NCBI GenBank assembly: GCA_964252035.1
Contig: OZ176203.1
From: Podarcis erhardii
Taxonomy: Eukaryota
Length of the DNA: 64,000 nucleotides
Direction: 5' to 3' (one strand)
Notes under the pieces: generated by a model
Database searches by the model: none
What the model was told of the DNA's origin: nothing
What the model saw: only the letters and a program-made list of their open reading frames with translations
Position numbers and translations under genes: made by a program
In this document: positions 1 to 13,700 of the stretch, in pieces
How positions within the stretch are numbered: the first letter of the stretch is position 1
Layout: each line of letters opens with the position of its first letter

Positions 1-115
1 AGCATTTTTGTATATTCTATGAAATACTATTCCAGTATGATTAGATCATTGTTCTCTATATGCGGGGTTAAATTAACAAAATACTGAGAGAATCCCCCTC
101 CCCCTTTTGGAAATA

Positions 116-465
116 AAGGTAAAGGGACCCCTGACCATTAGGTCCAGTTGTGGCCGACTCTGGGGTTGCGGTGCTCATCTCGCTTTATTGGCCGAGGGAG
201 CCGGCGTACAGCTTCCGGGTCATGTGGCCAGCATGACTAAGCTGCTTCTGGCGAACCAGAGCAGTGCACAGAAACGCCGTTTACCTTCCCGCCGGAGCGG
301 TACCTATTTATCTACTTGCACTTTGACATGCTTTTGAACTGCTAGGTTGGCAGGAGCAGGGACCGAGCAACGGGAGCTCACCCCGTCGCAGGAATTCGAA
401 CCACTGACCTTCTGATTGGCAAGTCCTAGGCTCTGTGGTTTAACCCACAGCACCACCCGCGTCCC
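116..465 (-). mobile_element. Full-length Sauria SINE (tRNA-derived head, BovB/RTE-related tail)
   Basis: Minus strand starts GGGACGCGGGTGGTGCTGTGGGTTAAACCACAGAGCCTAGGACTTGCC, has a GGTTCGAATTCC B box, and ends GGGGTCCCTTTACCTTT. An 11-bp TSD TTTTGGAAATA lies at 105-115 and 467-477. Confidence 0.9.
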
Positions 466-719
466 TTTTTGGAAATAGCTATCATTTAAAAGAAAAGAAA
501 AAACCTAGCCTCAAAACAACCTCGATTCCTGTACCAAACCATACTGTTTCACTCCTGCAGCCAATCATATGCAATTGCATAACTCTAAGAATAATATGAT
601 ATAGGCATTATACTAAAGTATCAATTAATGGTTGGTAATAACAAATGTATTGCAGAAATATGGTTGTACGTATGCAAATGAATACCATTCATGACTTTTA
701 CATTCTAACGAAGGAAGTA

Positions 720-850
720 CAGTAGGCCCGCAACTTGCGTGGGGGTTACTTCAGGGGATCACACCTAAAGTCAAAATTGTGTATCATCAAAACCCATTGG
801 GTTCAATGGCGGGTGGGATTGCCAAAGCAATTTTTCTTGGAACCCCATCC
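720..850 (+). mobile_element. Tc1/mariner (Tigger-like) MITE left-end fragment
   Basis: TA followed by CAGTAGGCCCGCAACTTGCGTGGGGGTTAC resembles Tigger-type termini. No matching right TIR was found and the end coordinate is approximate. Confidence 0.45.
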
Positions 851-1144
851 CACATGGCTTGAATCACAGTTGCAGCTTCACTGTGTTGCAGTATCAGTAA
901 AGCTTTGAGGATATAATGCATAGAGGCAAACTGATCCTTCCTTGTATGAAGTCAAAGAGCTAGGTGCAAAGGGTAATCAATACCATAGCACAACCAAAGC
1001 TAGCCTAAATTTAAGCAGGGTCAGAATACTGATTTTGTATTTCAAAAGTAAGCTGACTTGCTGTCATATTTGATTATGAAATCAGTGGATCCTAAACTTC
1101 CTAGAAAACCATGAATTATTAGAACCCACTTTCTATGAGGTTAG

Positions 1145-1230
1145 ACTAGCCCTAGTACTGTCTACTTTGATTGGCAATAGTTCTCCCGGGTCTCAGTCGA
1201 AAGTCTTTCCCATCACCTGCTACATGATCT
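1145..1230. mobile_element. Old squamate SINE fragment
   Basis: AGTACTGTCTACTTTGATTGGCAATAGTTCTCCCGGGTCTCAG...TCTTTCCCATCACCTGCTAC; a related AATACTGTCTACCCTGACTGGCAG recurs near 36678. Family recognised from memory only. Confidence 0.45.
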
Positions 1231-2100
1231 TTAAAAAATATTGTGAAATGACCCCTCCCACAGTAGTGATCCTCTGTATATTAGTGTATACGTGTATATT
1301 TGTATGAGAATCCAATGACTGAATGGTTGAAGAACAAATCAAAAGACGACAACACAGTACTTACAGTACATCATTTCCAGAATGGGTAGCAAAAAAGATA
1401 TTGCATTTATTTTAATCAAGTCATACTGTTTGAAAGCTGAATTGCAAACCTTTGTCTTCACTTGCTGCTATTAACACTTAACATGTTAAGTGTACATGGA
1501 AAACACTGTTATGTACCTCTTAAAACTGTAATGTGTGAATCATCCTTACTGTAAGCTGATTATAATTATAGTCAACTACAGTGATAGAGAAGAGTGTGAT
1601 CATAAAAGCAGAGAGCAGAATATGACATAAAGGTCAGTCGAGCCAATTTGTACTAAGGCCACCTTTTTGTCATCTTCCTTATTATGTTTTCACCCAAATT
1701 TTGTTCAAGCAGCCTTTATGCTCTGTCATAGAAGAGTCATACGCTGCAGTCTCTATTAAAGAACACACACAAAAGCAAGTAAATAGATTCAAATAGGTAT
1801 TTTTGGCTAAATCCTATTTCCTCACAGTTAACTTTGAGGTCCCAACAGCCTTATAGATGGCAATTCTTCCTCAGTTATGTTTCAGAAGTCACAGGTAAGT
1901 ATCCCTGCCCATCTTGAAATGCTTCCACTGAGACTAGGGGAAAGGCTTTCTTTGCTTTTCCTCCACTAGAAAGGAAATATTCTCCCTTCTTCCCAGTTGC
2001 CAATATTTCTAATAGGTAGGATACCACTTGAGAGTTGTAGGGGGTTGGATTTTGAAGGTGAGCCTCTACATCATGAGATGAACGTCCCCTGTTCCCAGTA

Positions 2101-2435
2101 CAGTGGTGCCTCGCAAGACGAAAAGAATCCGTTCCGCGATTCTCTTCGTCTAGCGGTTTTTTCGTCTTGCGAAGCAAGCCCATTGACGGCTTAGCAGATT
2201 AGCGCTATTAGCGGCTTAGCGGCTTTTAGCGGCTTAGCGGCTTAGCGGATAAGCAGCTTAGCGGCTTAGAAAAAGGGGGGGAAAGGGGGGGAAGTCGGAA
2301 AAACTTGCAAGACATTTTCGTCTTGCGAAGCAAGCCCATAGGAAATTCGTTTTGCGAAGCACCTCCAAAACGGAAAACCCTTTCGTCTAGCGGGTTTTCC
2401 GTCTTGCGAGGCATTCGTCTTGCGGGGCACCACTG
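2101..2435 (+). mobile_element. Tc1/mariner(pogo)-type MITE, family A copy 1
   Basis: TIRs CAGTGGTGCCTCGCAAGACGAA and TTCGTCTTGCGGGGCACCACTG; TA at 2099-2100 and 2436-2437. Contains an internal TTAGCGGC tandem array and G-runs, and is CpG-rich. Confidence 0.92.
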
Positions 2436-5400
2436 TACTTTTGCCCTTATAAGCATATATGGTTATTTCACAACTGTCAGAGTTCAATAGGGACAGGCAG
2501 GCAGAGAGGGGTTGAGCTTTTGAGTTTGCCTCAAAATTTACCACCCTATAGCTGAAGGTGGGAAATGAAGTATGCCTATCCTCTGCACATGAAATGCCAT
2601 GGGCAGAGAGGCATCTCTCCCTGCTCTGTGCCACTGTTCCTCTTTCCATTTCATTTGTCCTGCTTTGCTTCCATGCTCCTTTTCTCCATCAAGCTCCTCT
2701 CTCTTCTGCCTCTTCATGTTTGCCTTTTTCTCACTGTTCTCCTTCCACCTGCTATCGCCATATTTCCTGCCCTAACTAGCCGAGGCTCATTTCACCTTTT
2801 GAGTCGGAAGATGAAGAAGCAGTAGTGATAGGCTAACATGACATCATCCCACAGTAGCATCACTTGCTGCCATCCCAATGTGGATATCAGTAGAGCTGCA
2901 GGACAGGTCCGTGGCACAATCCCTAACAAATCCTCTTATACTCCTATAGTGCTGATGAGCAACAGCACAATTTGCTAGAAAAGTTTTCTCTTCCTCTTTT
3001 CCCAAGTCAGTCTAGGGTGGTGAAAGAAAAACAAATCCTATCCAGATATTGTGAGGGAAGCACACTTGAGTGTCATAACTCTACAAAAAAAAAAGTCATT
3101 TGAAGAAAAAGGGGGGGGGGAGGAAAGCTCATATAATACTGGACTTGCAAAGGAAGTAGCTGTCAAAGGCACAACTCCAAAATATACAGAAAACAACCAA
3201 AAGAGCAACAACCTTATCTTGTAAGTCTAATCTATAATGTCTTAAAGTTGATGATGTAAGCAATTTCAAGGAAAAGTTTTATTATAAAGTTATAACAATG
3301 TTCCAGGTAAACTAAAACATGTTTCACTTTTAGAATTGCCCTTTCTAAACAGCATAATTTTCAAATGTTTCTGCATCAGGCACTTTTCAGCTATGTAGCA
3401 AAACAGATGAATGCAAAAGCTTGTCCCCTCCCCTTGAGAAATAGAACTGCTATTTTAAGAGACAAATACATGCTGTAGGCAAATTAATGCTGTACTTCAG
3501 ACCTTTTTTAAAGTGGCCTCTCTGTGGTCTCAGAAGTTGACCTAGGCTCTACAAAAGGGGAGATTTGACTTCTCCGCCTCTATTTTTGCACGGGAAGGCT
3601 TGGTTCTGCTGAAATCCATAAGAAGTCACAACCAGTCTAAACATAGCCTATTTGTAGTGGTTGGGGGGGGGACGACGACGGACATTTCACTCCCCAATTT
3701 CTCTCTACCATGAGACAAGTAAGATTATCTTAGAATCTGAACTAACTTATTTCTGTCTCCTTTTCTTATTTCCATGACTCTCATAAGATGGGGGAAGCTA
3801 CCTTGCATGTAAACTCCCCCCCCCAACTTTCAGGATTATTCACTTTCCTTGTAGTGAAGTTGGGTCTCTAACACTCCAGGTCCAGAATTCCCTATTAGGT
3901 GACTTCATTTCTAGTCTCTCCCCTCTGCCTCCAGGACAGTAACGCAGTGTATGGCCCAGAAAAAGTGTGAATTGTGTTAGTTTCTGTAATAAATTAAAAA
4001 TCCTTCCTATTCTGTATGTTTCTGCAGTAGTGTTTCAACACACAAAGCTATTTTGTTGCTGCTAAGTCAATTTTTATTTGCATGCTATTTACCTTTAAAC
4101 CATTTATTCTTTTATATATCAATATAATATATATATCACAGTTGCTACAACGGTGGCTATTGGCAGCTCTTTAGAACAAGTCCACTAATATTTCTTCCTT
4201 ATTTCCCAGTGCTGAGTTCCACAAAAAAAGCCAAATATTCAAAAGCAATGCTGATTTCTGTGCATGCAGTTGTCTACAGTAAAGATTCCAGAGAGCATTG
4301 CTAATTCCCCAAATGAGTGTTTTCAGATAATGCACATGAAATATGCATGTCCATGGGCATATGTACAGAGACACAGTAACAGACCTGGTAACAGAAAGGC
4401 ATCAGAAAGGTAACCAAAAGAGTTTGCCAGGGCCTTGCCCTGACACCAAGTAAGTTTGTGGGAAGGGGGTAGAGTGGTGAAACAGAAAATAAGCACTGAC
4501 TGATAGAAGCCGAACAGAAAACCCCAAAGTAAACCAGACCTGAACTGAATGGGGAAGACTTCTCAAACTGGAAGAGTTCATATTTGGGGGGTGGAGCCCA
4601 AATTACCCCCCATTATTCCTGGAAAAATTGAAATGGAAGGTTGGGGAAAAGATTATCAAATTACTGTAAGAAAACTATTATTGTAAGCACAAAGTACAAT
4701 AGCTTTCAGCCTATACTTTTAATGAGACTAACTGGGAGTAGGGATGGGCAAAACAGCCTAAATCCAATCTGTTTCCAGCTTTACTGGTGCTCAAATATTG
4801 AAACTGATGGTCATGTAGACTTTCCAAAGAACGCATGGAAAATGTACATTTTGCACACATCTTGCACGTACCAGTTCTATAAAATGCACACTTTTTTCTT
4901 TTTTATTGGGTTTTTGCAAGTGATCAATATCACATTTTATCCCTTACAAACAATATAACATACATGTTCTATGCATTTCCCTCTAAAATACACGATTTAT
5001 ATGTATTTCTTTTGATGTAAAATATGTATTTTGTGTGCTTTTTAGTCCTTTTGGAACTAAAACTACATTGCAAAATCTGGAGAAGTGTGTAAACTGCTGT
5101 TATTTGTGTTCTGATTCATAAGTAAGCTTGTGAGCGGTGAACTGGGCAAGTCCATTGTGAAAAGTGGACCAAATTGATTTCTTCCTCATAACTAACTAGG
5201 AGTTCAAGCACCTACCCATTCTTGATACACTGTCTGATGCGTAAAACAAATAAAAAATTAGCCAAGCAATCAGCAGATAGACAGTGTGTGTGAATCTGTA
5301 AAGTAAGTAACACATTTCAAAACCTTTTTAGAGTGTTGCTACTTGTGAACAGGCTGTAATAATGCATTTCTTAAAATAGCTTTTTAGCCACTGAATGTTG

Positions 5401-5589
5401 CTTAATTATCTGAAAAATGCAGCAGAACCTTTCCTGTGCCCCTTTTCCCCCCTTCAGCACACATTCAGCAATTCACCTTCACAGTTATTTATTACACTTC
5501 TTACTAAAGTGAAAGTATAATTTATACACAAAGGAAAAAAATAATATTCTCAGAACTGTGCTGTATCTAGCAGCCTAGAAATATATGAA

Positions 5590-5900
5590 GAGGTAGTACA
5601 CAAAGATGTATTGGCAGAATGGCAAATAGTTAGAAATAATATTCCAAAGATAATATGGTAATAGTTGAGGACAACCATAATAGTTGAGGAACACCATAAT
5701 CCACATTATAGAAAAAGGCTGACATAAGAGGCTTCTGAACATTAAATAAGTGTGCTTCATTTTTCTTAACAATCCAAAGTGTGAATGGTCATTCTTACAT
5801 CTCATATGTTCAATAGCAAGACAACATATAATGGTTGAGGAAGTAGTCCTTGCCAATAATCCACATAATATAAACTCCCAAGTATGGATTTCATGGGCTC
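5590..5900 (-). mobile_element. Possible decayed L1-like LINE fragment
   Basis: Base composition and a weak resemblance to the L1 ORF2 C-terminal Cys/His region. Contains a short tandem duplication (TAATAGTTGAGGA..ACCATAAT) at 5659-5700. Boundaries are approximate. Confidence 0.3.
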
Positions 5901-6334
5901 ATTACAGTCCTTCAATCATTCCACATAATTGAAGGATTTGTCTTAAGGAAAATTGGTAATATGCCACTGGAAGATGGTCTCTGGTCAATAATCTGTATCC
6001 TGCTGAAGATGTTTCCTGAGCAAGAAGGATTGCAAGCGTCATATATTATACCCTATATATAAATGAGTAACCCACAGTATATATTTTCTAGATAACCTCT
6101 CCCAGTTTTCTTTAAAATCTTAAAATGTGTGGTGATTACACTTTATGTGAGATTGTATATTGTGAAGTGAGAAATACTTGCTGTGAAGATAATATTTATG
6201 AGGGAGATTTCAGCATATAAAGCGATAAGATAGCCAATCCAAAACATATTGTGAAAGGAGTAACAACCTTTCTTAGGCCCATTTAGGGGGAAATGTTTGT
6301 CATTTCTACATTTACCTTTTTCTAAACAACAAAA

Positions 6335-6668
6335 TATGATAGCCATCTTCAAATATCTCAAGGGTTGTCATGTGGGAGAGGGAACAAGTTTGCTTTTTCC
6401 TGCTCTGGAGGGTATGTCTCGAACCAATGGCTTCAAGTTACAAGAAAGGAGATTCTGACTAAACATCAGAAAAAACTTTATGACAGTAAGGCTGTTCTAC
6501 AGTGGAATGGTCTGCCTCAGGCGGTTGTGGACTATCCTTCCTTGAAAGTCTCTAAGCAGAGGTTGGATGGCCATCTGTCATGGATGCTTTAGTTGAGATT
6601 CCTGCATTGAAGGGGGTTGGACTAGATGACCCCTGGGGTCTTTCCAACTCCACAATTCTATTACTCTA
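6335..6668 (+). mobile_element. CR1 LINE 3' end (5'-truncated)
   Basis: Begins MIAIFKYLKGCH (CR1 ORF2 C-terminus), followed by the CR1 3'UTR GGGTTGGACTAGATGACC...TTCCAACTC..AATTCTA tail. Confidence 0.88.
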
Positions 6669-7356
6669 ACTTACGTTACGCTATATAAATATATAAATGG
6701 TTTTAACTCTTGGCCTCAAAGCTGTATGTATCTCTGAATAAAACAGCAAAGTCATGCAGGACAAATAATCTGTTCAGTGCTTTAATGTGTGCATAGTTAT
6801 GTTGACTTTTTAATAGCCTTCCAAACAGTGTTCTTCCCCAAGACAGATATTCAATATTTAGAGTTGCTTCTCCTCCCTAGTGATTCTGACTGTTGCCTTT
6901 TTCTTTTACTGTTCCCCCCTTGTATTTCACAGTGCATAAGTGTTAATGAGAAAGGAGGGGGGGATATGTGTTTTGTTTAGGTACTGTATACCAAACCAAA
7001 CAATCTAAGCCAATTGCTGCTTCAAGTAGGCCAGCTTCAGAAGTAACAAAAACAGCTAAATAAAGTCAGTAACTTTAGTAAGGAGGCTTATTATCTGGTA
7101 GCACAACTAAAGGATCTTACTCCACGTGGCATTAGGCTAGTGAAACAGCCAGCATTATATCTGCTGCACGGTGCCACTTCTTGTAATGGCCAGAGAGGGC
7201 ACCAAAACTTTATGAGCCAACAATACTAGGATACCTGAGGAACTAACTGGTGCCTCATTGCAACATGTTATTTACAGACAATCTAATAAATAATAATAAA
7301 ACCAGATTTAAAAACAATAATTAATAAATAAAACAATCAGAAGAACCATACAGGTA

Positions 7357-7690
7357 CAGTGGTGCCTCGCAAGGCGAAAAGAATCTGTTCCGCGAGTCTC
7401 TTCGTCTAGCGGTTTTTTCGTCTTGCGAAGCAAGCCCATTGACGGCTTAGCGGATTAGCGCTATTAGCGGTTTAGCGGCTTTTAGCGGCTTAGCGGATAA
7501 GTGGATAAGCGGCTTAGCGGCTTAGAAAAGGGGGGGGGAGGGAAAAAACCCGCAGGAACTCGCAAGACATTTTCGTCTTGCGAAGCAAGCCCATAGGAAA
7601 TTCGTTTTGCGAAGCACCTCCAAAACGGAAAACTCTTTCGTCTAGCGAGTTTTCCGTCTTGTGAGGCATTCGTCTTGCGGGGCACCACTG
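7357..7690 (+). mobile_element. Tc1/mariner(pogo)-type MITE, family A copy 2
   Basis: Highly similar to 2101-2435 and in the same orientation; TA at 7355-7356 and 7691-7692. Confidence 0.92.
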
Positions 7691-8440
7691 TATCATGAAG
7701 TTCCCAGTAATATATATGGGCTGGAATTATCTCGTAGATTATTAATGAATAAATGATTAAAAAACTCAATTTCTCCACAAAAATTATCCAACTTTTTTGT
7801 AGCTTGACCATACATACAATACTGAATTCTTCCATAGTCAGTATTCTTCCACTTATGACAAAGGACTATTCTAGCAGCAGTCAATAAATGGTGAATTAAT
7901 TATCTGTTCACTGCTAATGCTATATCTTTAGTATAAACAAATAGTATAATTAAAGGGTCCATCACCTGTGTATGTCCGGTTGTTATTTCAATTCCTTTTA
8001 ATATATTCAACCATAAATTTTTGATAAGTACATAAATCATGTTGTATCCTGGCACTTGTTCCACAAATCAAAGTGATCAGCACTCTATGGGGTCACAGCC
8101 ACAGCACCCAGAAAAGGCCTTAACTGGCACCTGCAGCGACCCAACTTTGAGGTTACAATTGAAATAAAAGTCGCTATCTCTCATAGAAAGAAAGTTATGT
8201 AGGAAAGCGTACAGGTAAGCTTCTAAGCGGTTTCTGTGAAAAGAGCCATGACATACGGGGGGGGGGGGAATCTGACAGCGAATAATAGAAATAGTGTAGA
8301 TGATGTTGTTCAATGTTGTCCTGCTTGTGAAAACTGGCCATTGCATTTTTATTTGTAGACTTATTTGGTTGCTATAGTATATTATGCAAATATAAGTTGA
8401 AAAAGAGAAAAGTTTAAATCCTCCCTATAACACCCAAGAA

Positions 8441-8442
<2 letters not shown>

Positions 8443-8481
<39 letters not shown>

Positions 8482-8503
8482 GTGTGTGTGTGTGTGTGTG
8501 TGT
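8443..8503. repeat. Compound (TC)n-(TG)n microsatellite
   Basis: (TC)n at 8443-8477, then (TG)n at 8481-8503. Confidence 0.97.
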
Positions 8504-10748
8504 AATGAATAATACGTTCCAGATGTGGCCTTGAACGTTCTTGAGATACACAGTAAGAGGTGCATCCAAATAACAGAATTATGATAATAAAATTTGATTA
8601 TAATGGAGAAAATAAGCAGAATAATACTCAAAACTCAATTACCCTGGCCATTTTAACTGGGAGCTGCTGACTTCTGTTCCCTAAGCCCATCGAAAATGAA
8701 TTTAACATAGTAAGCTCCACTTATCAGTTGACTATAGTGGTTTCTATGTTTCCTTTTCAAGTATTTTCCTTTCTTAAAAGCACACTGCTCTTTATATTAT
8801 TTTGTTTCTTTTCAAAATGAACTGAAACTTTAGCTGAATATTATGCAATCATGGGCCCTGTTATCTTACCTCAAAAAGATCATAGAACAGCCAAATCAAT
8901 TGAAGGTGAGGTACATGTGTCAAGCTATTGATGACTTCGCATTTTAGTATTTGCTCTTATTTTACATATACGAACATATACAAGCACAAGCCTATCCATA
9001 TGGGTTTACTCAGCAGCAGGCTCTGGATAGTGTCAGAGGATTTCAGGCACATGTTTTTTTTAAGCAAGTTACATTTGTTTTCTTTTTCTTTTTTTCATCG
9101 TTTTCTTTTTATTTCATTATATCCACAAGACAAGGTGGGGGGAAACTAAAAGGTTCAGTCACTTACATTCCTTTAAGCCAGAGACAGACAAAATTATATA
9201 GAATGGCAAGTTATCTTCTCCTTCCTCTTCTGTTTTATTCTTAAGAATTTTCTTTTGTTCTCAATGCAAATGGTCATTGGTTCATCTTTTCTCACCCAGG
9301 ACAGTTATGTCACATCACTTGACTAATATGCATGCATTTGCCACTAAAAGACATTTTAACTGAGAGCTGTCACATCCGTCATCTCCACTCGGGCTGGTTA
9401 AAATTTTTATCTGCCGTCTTGAATTAATTTCAACTCGCCTGAGCGCAGCAGGGGACTTTAGAGTGGTTTAGTTAAATTCTTCATTTTAGAAGAACATTAT
9501 AGTAAGTCTTCCTATTTACATTTTTTTCCATCTTACTGCCTTTAATTTTTGCACATTATTGAAACAATGAGGTAATTATACATCCAGTGCAGTGGAAAAA
9601 TGGAAGGGAGTGAGAAAGCCTCAATTTTGACATTTTATCCAAGATGCACGCTTTCCTTTCCTTCTTCCTTGCTTAATATGCTTCCCAGCTAGTTTGCAAA
9701 TCAGCTCTGCCCCTGGTTAAGCGTATCAGACTAATAAAAAATACAGAAAATGTAAACTGAGAATTAGAAAGGGCACTGGCAGTCAAAATAGAGAGGTCAG
9801 GAAGGGGGAAGGAGAAAATCAAATGAAAACCAGTTGCCAACATGTTTTGTACAGATTGCTTTTGCAACACTACTGAGTGTAAACAAGCCTATAATCTTTA
9901 TAGTATTAAAAAAATTCTCAACTTGCTTTTTATGTAGTATGTGCGTATTTGTTTAGTATATACGCCAGCATATAATATAGTTTGGATATTATAGGTTAAC
10001 AAGAAAGATCAAGCTATGCATTGGATGGCAGGGATGTTTAGAATGACTGTTGACTGGTTAAAAAAATATAAATATTCTGGAAAGGTACATAAGCTAGCAC
10101 TAACCTGTGGGAATATATGCACACTCAGTGACTGCTATTGGACTCTTGATAAAATTATTGTTTTACAGCTGGAAGGTGGTGAAAACATCTCTGTGTATTC
10201 TCAGCACGTTGATATCCTCAGCAACTGCAGAGAAGCTAATCCCCAAAGGCACTTTAGCTAATCTATACTAAATACTACTATCTGCACAAAAGGTTTGCAA
10301 GACATATACGGTACACTTGTGTTTCAAACATCTGATATATGCATTTTGCTTCCAGGGTCCTAAAAAAGTAAATAAACAGGTGCAAGGTTTTGGTGTAACC
10401 CCATAACTGAAATGATAAAAGCATGATTCTGACAATAGATTAAACATATATTGCAATACCATGTCCAGATAAAGTTAATTATAAGAAATAATATTTGCCT
10501 CTTTGGACATTTATTTTTGCAGTAGAATGTAAGTAGAATGTGAGATAATGTGAGATATGGCATGATGTAAGAAAGCAAGAAAGTGAAATAATGTTTATAA
10601 AACTTAAAACATAATCAGTCCAGACATCTGAAATGCTTAAAGGTATTTCATATCCTCATCTCAATAATTAAGTATGTTGCTGACAGAAAATTAGTCATAC
10701 AATAATCTGTGAATGCATTTTTTCTGTCTATGCTTGTAACTCCAAAAA

Positions 10749-10790
10749 GTTCAAGATTATTCATTTGTTCAAGACTATTCATTTGTTCAA
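10749..10790. repeat. 18-bp tandem duplication
   Basis: GTTCAAGATTATTCATTT / GTTCAAGACTATTCATTT / GTTCAA. Confidence 0.85.
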
Positions 10791-13700
10791 CTTGTGTGGG
10801 GTAGGAAAATGCTGACAGCTGTGCAAGAATCTGCTTCTCTCCATTTCTAACATCTTCAGCATCAATAACGACTTTTTAAAAATCATAGAGCAGATTAAGC
10901 TATTTACAGTACAGCATAGTGTCAATATACATATTAGACAAAAGCTGTAGCTTGGAAGAACACCAGGGGTTTTTCTTTCTCTAACTACAGGCATGCAAGG
11001 GTGTTTACTCTTCCCTCCCTAACCACAATTCTAATTAATATTCCCACACACTGCAATTATCTTTGAGTAGGGTGAACATTCCATTGTTGACTACATGATC
11101 CTCCTTTACATGTTCTCATCCCACCTCATCTCAGTTTACACAGTGGTGTAACAACAGAATTGACCATTATGTTTGAAAGAAGGAACTCTGGATGAATGTC
11201 AGTTTACTAGCCAACGCTTTAAACCAAGATCAGCCCATGGTTTAATATTCTGGTTAGTAAACTGAAATTGCCAGAGCTTTCTGTTTGGGTGCAAGTGGAA
11301 ACCATAGAATACAGCCACAAAGCTGGCATGTGATGAGAGGTGGGGAGGGCTGAGGCAGAAACATGTGGGCCCCACACTTACTCGCAGCTTGCTGAACCAT
11401 GAAAGAAGCCAATGTGTTTGTAACTACTGACTTGCCTTTTAAAATGTATTTTCAGTCTTGTAGTTTTTAACTCTTTTATTAATCTTATAGTGCTTATAGA
11501 TGGCATTTTAAACTCATAGTGGTTTATGTGATGTTTAGATTTAAATACATTTTCTCTCATTAAGTTTTCCCTTTTATTATTACATTACCCTTATATTATT
11601 TATTTATTACATCCATTTATATATCACTGCAGTCTCTAAGCAATGCACAATAATGTTAGAAAAGTTACAACAGAGATTAAATCAGTTAAAGTTACAGTTT
11701 TTATAACTTGGTTATAAAGTTCGGTATGTGATAGTTTAAAAACTTGTTCTCAAGCCTGCCTTTGCGTTCTTCCTCCTATTCCACTTTAATAGAAACCTCT
11801 CCTGTGTGCTTTCCTTCCCTATGTGTGGTAATGTTGTCTCAACTTTAAGGACGCTCAAATAATGATGTAACTCTAAGGTCCGCTAGCTTGTATCCATGAG
11901 GAAACTTTCGCATATAAAAATATCCACAAGGTCAAAACAAAACACTACACTCATTGTTGTGTTAAAGCTGCCCCAAGTGGGATTAAAATACAATTTATAG
12001 ATCAATCAGATTGGATTTGTTCCCCCATCCTCTTCTCATGCTGATTCACACTTTACTCAATCATAGAACAATGGTGACTCAGCATGTTAAGTGCTTAGAA
12101 ATCCAATCTGAAGTTATGGGATCTTCTAAGAAGAAAGTTTTATATGTAAGCAAGGAAGAGTTAACATATTCTTTTTTAAAACACATACACTTCATTTATT
12201 AACTAATACAACATGATTAACAGTCACATCTTTTCCCATTTTAAAGTACACTTAAGGGCTCTACAAAGATCTCTCTTGCCTCTTCAGTCTATTCTTCTTC
12301 CTCTTTATGGGGTAATGAGGAGCTGACAGTGATTTCTATGCCTTCTTCCTACCCCATGCCTAGCTCTTTGGATTCAAACATGCACAGCTCATGCATAAGC
12401 AAACAGGTGCAAGGGACAGGAGTTTGCCAAACCCTGAGCAAGCATGAGGTACACATGTATCTTGCTGATTGTGGCATGCTACTGATAGAAGACGACAAGG
12501 CCAGACAATAGGTGGGGTTAGTAGGTGGCTCTTTGATTTTTCTGGCTCCCGATACTGCAGCCGCATGGGAGTTTGCAGATCGGGGGAGGGATTGCTGTCC
12601 ATTCCACCCTGGAACATTAAAGCACTGGGATAGACAGCTTGTGATGCAACTGATATAGAGAGTCTGTTTCTCTTATTAATAACTTACAAAGAAAATTACA
12701 TGCATCCATAATATATTTACCCCTACTTCTTCTGTTCCTTTGAAAATAAGGAGATGATTAGTCTACCCAGATGAAGTTCATAATAATATACACAAGTGTT
12801 TGTATGATGCATCTTCTCAATTTTAAAACTTCTGTTGTAGAATAATGAGATGCTTTAATAATAATAAAATATACTTAAATGAACAGCACATAATATTCCT
12901 CCATCCATGAAGAAAGGGTATATGATCACATTTCCTCTGCATCCTTTCCCCCCATTGCAGTCATAAAATTATAAAATCCAAACACATGCAATGAAAATGC
13001 AAGTTTACAGCAAACGCTTTATAAAGCGCAGGCAGTCGAGCTACACAGGCAGCCCAGTGGCTAGCACTGAATTCATTTCAGTTTGTATGTGCAACACAAA
13101 AATTAGTCAAGTGGGAAAAAATTGGTTTCTCTGAAAAAATGGTAAGTGTCTTTTGGAGAAGTACCTTCTTGAGCTTCTTAGATTCTAACTATCCATAAAT
13201 TAAAAACTAGCCCCAATATTTCCATGACAGCAGGCTGCTGATTCACCTGCAGAAAGAGTTTTCTCATACCCATTGTGCTTTCTGCCACAATACAATTATT
13301 TCTAGATAGATAATCATTATGTTAAGCGACAATTGTTAAAGAACCTCTATATCCTCATTTTAAAATGTCCAGGCACATGGTATGAGGGTACATGATGTAT
13401 TGTAACCAATTAGTTGCAGCTAAGATCTGGTCAGTGCCTGGACAGAATACTCTCTGGGAACCCCATGTATGTTTGATGGTGTAAGAAAAGTGGAACATAG
13501 ATGTACTAACTAAATGAATAAAATTAGTAGTACTTGCCTTTCTGCCCCATCTGCATTTGGCAAACAGCAGGCAACCAGGATTTTGTCTAACCAGGTGTTG
13601 TATGGATCCTATATAAAAGGGGTGGGGTAAGGAACATCGCTCACTCCATCCTTAGGCAAACAGGGTTATGCTGCTATTATTGATGTTTTACCCCAGCGTC

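Noticed and set aside
2101-2435. CRISPR-like or telomeric array
   Set aside because: The repeats are internal to a TA-flanked MITE, have no unique spacers, and are not TTAGGG. The sequence is eukaryotic.
1875-2649. Overlapping ORFs sharing peptides with ORFs at 7482-7835 (RKTNASQDGK...)
   Set aside because: The similarity simply reflects two copies of the same non-coding MITE; there is no transposase motif.
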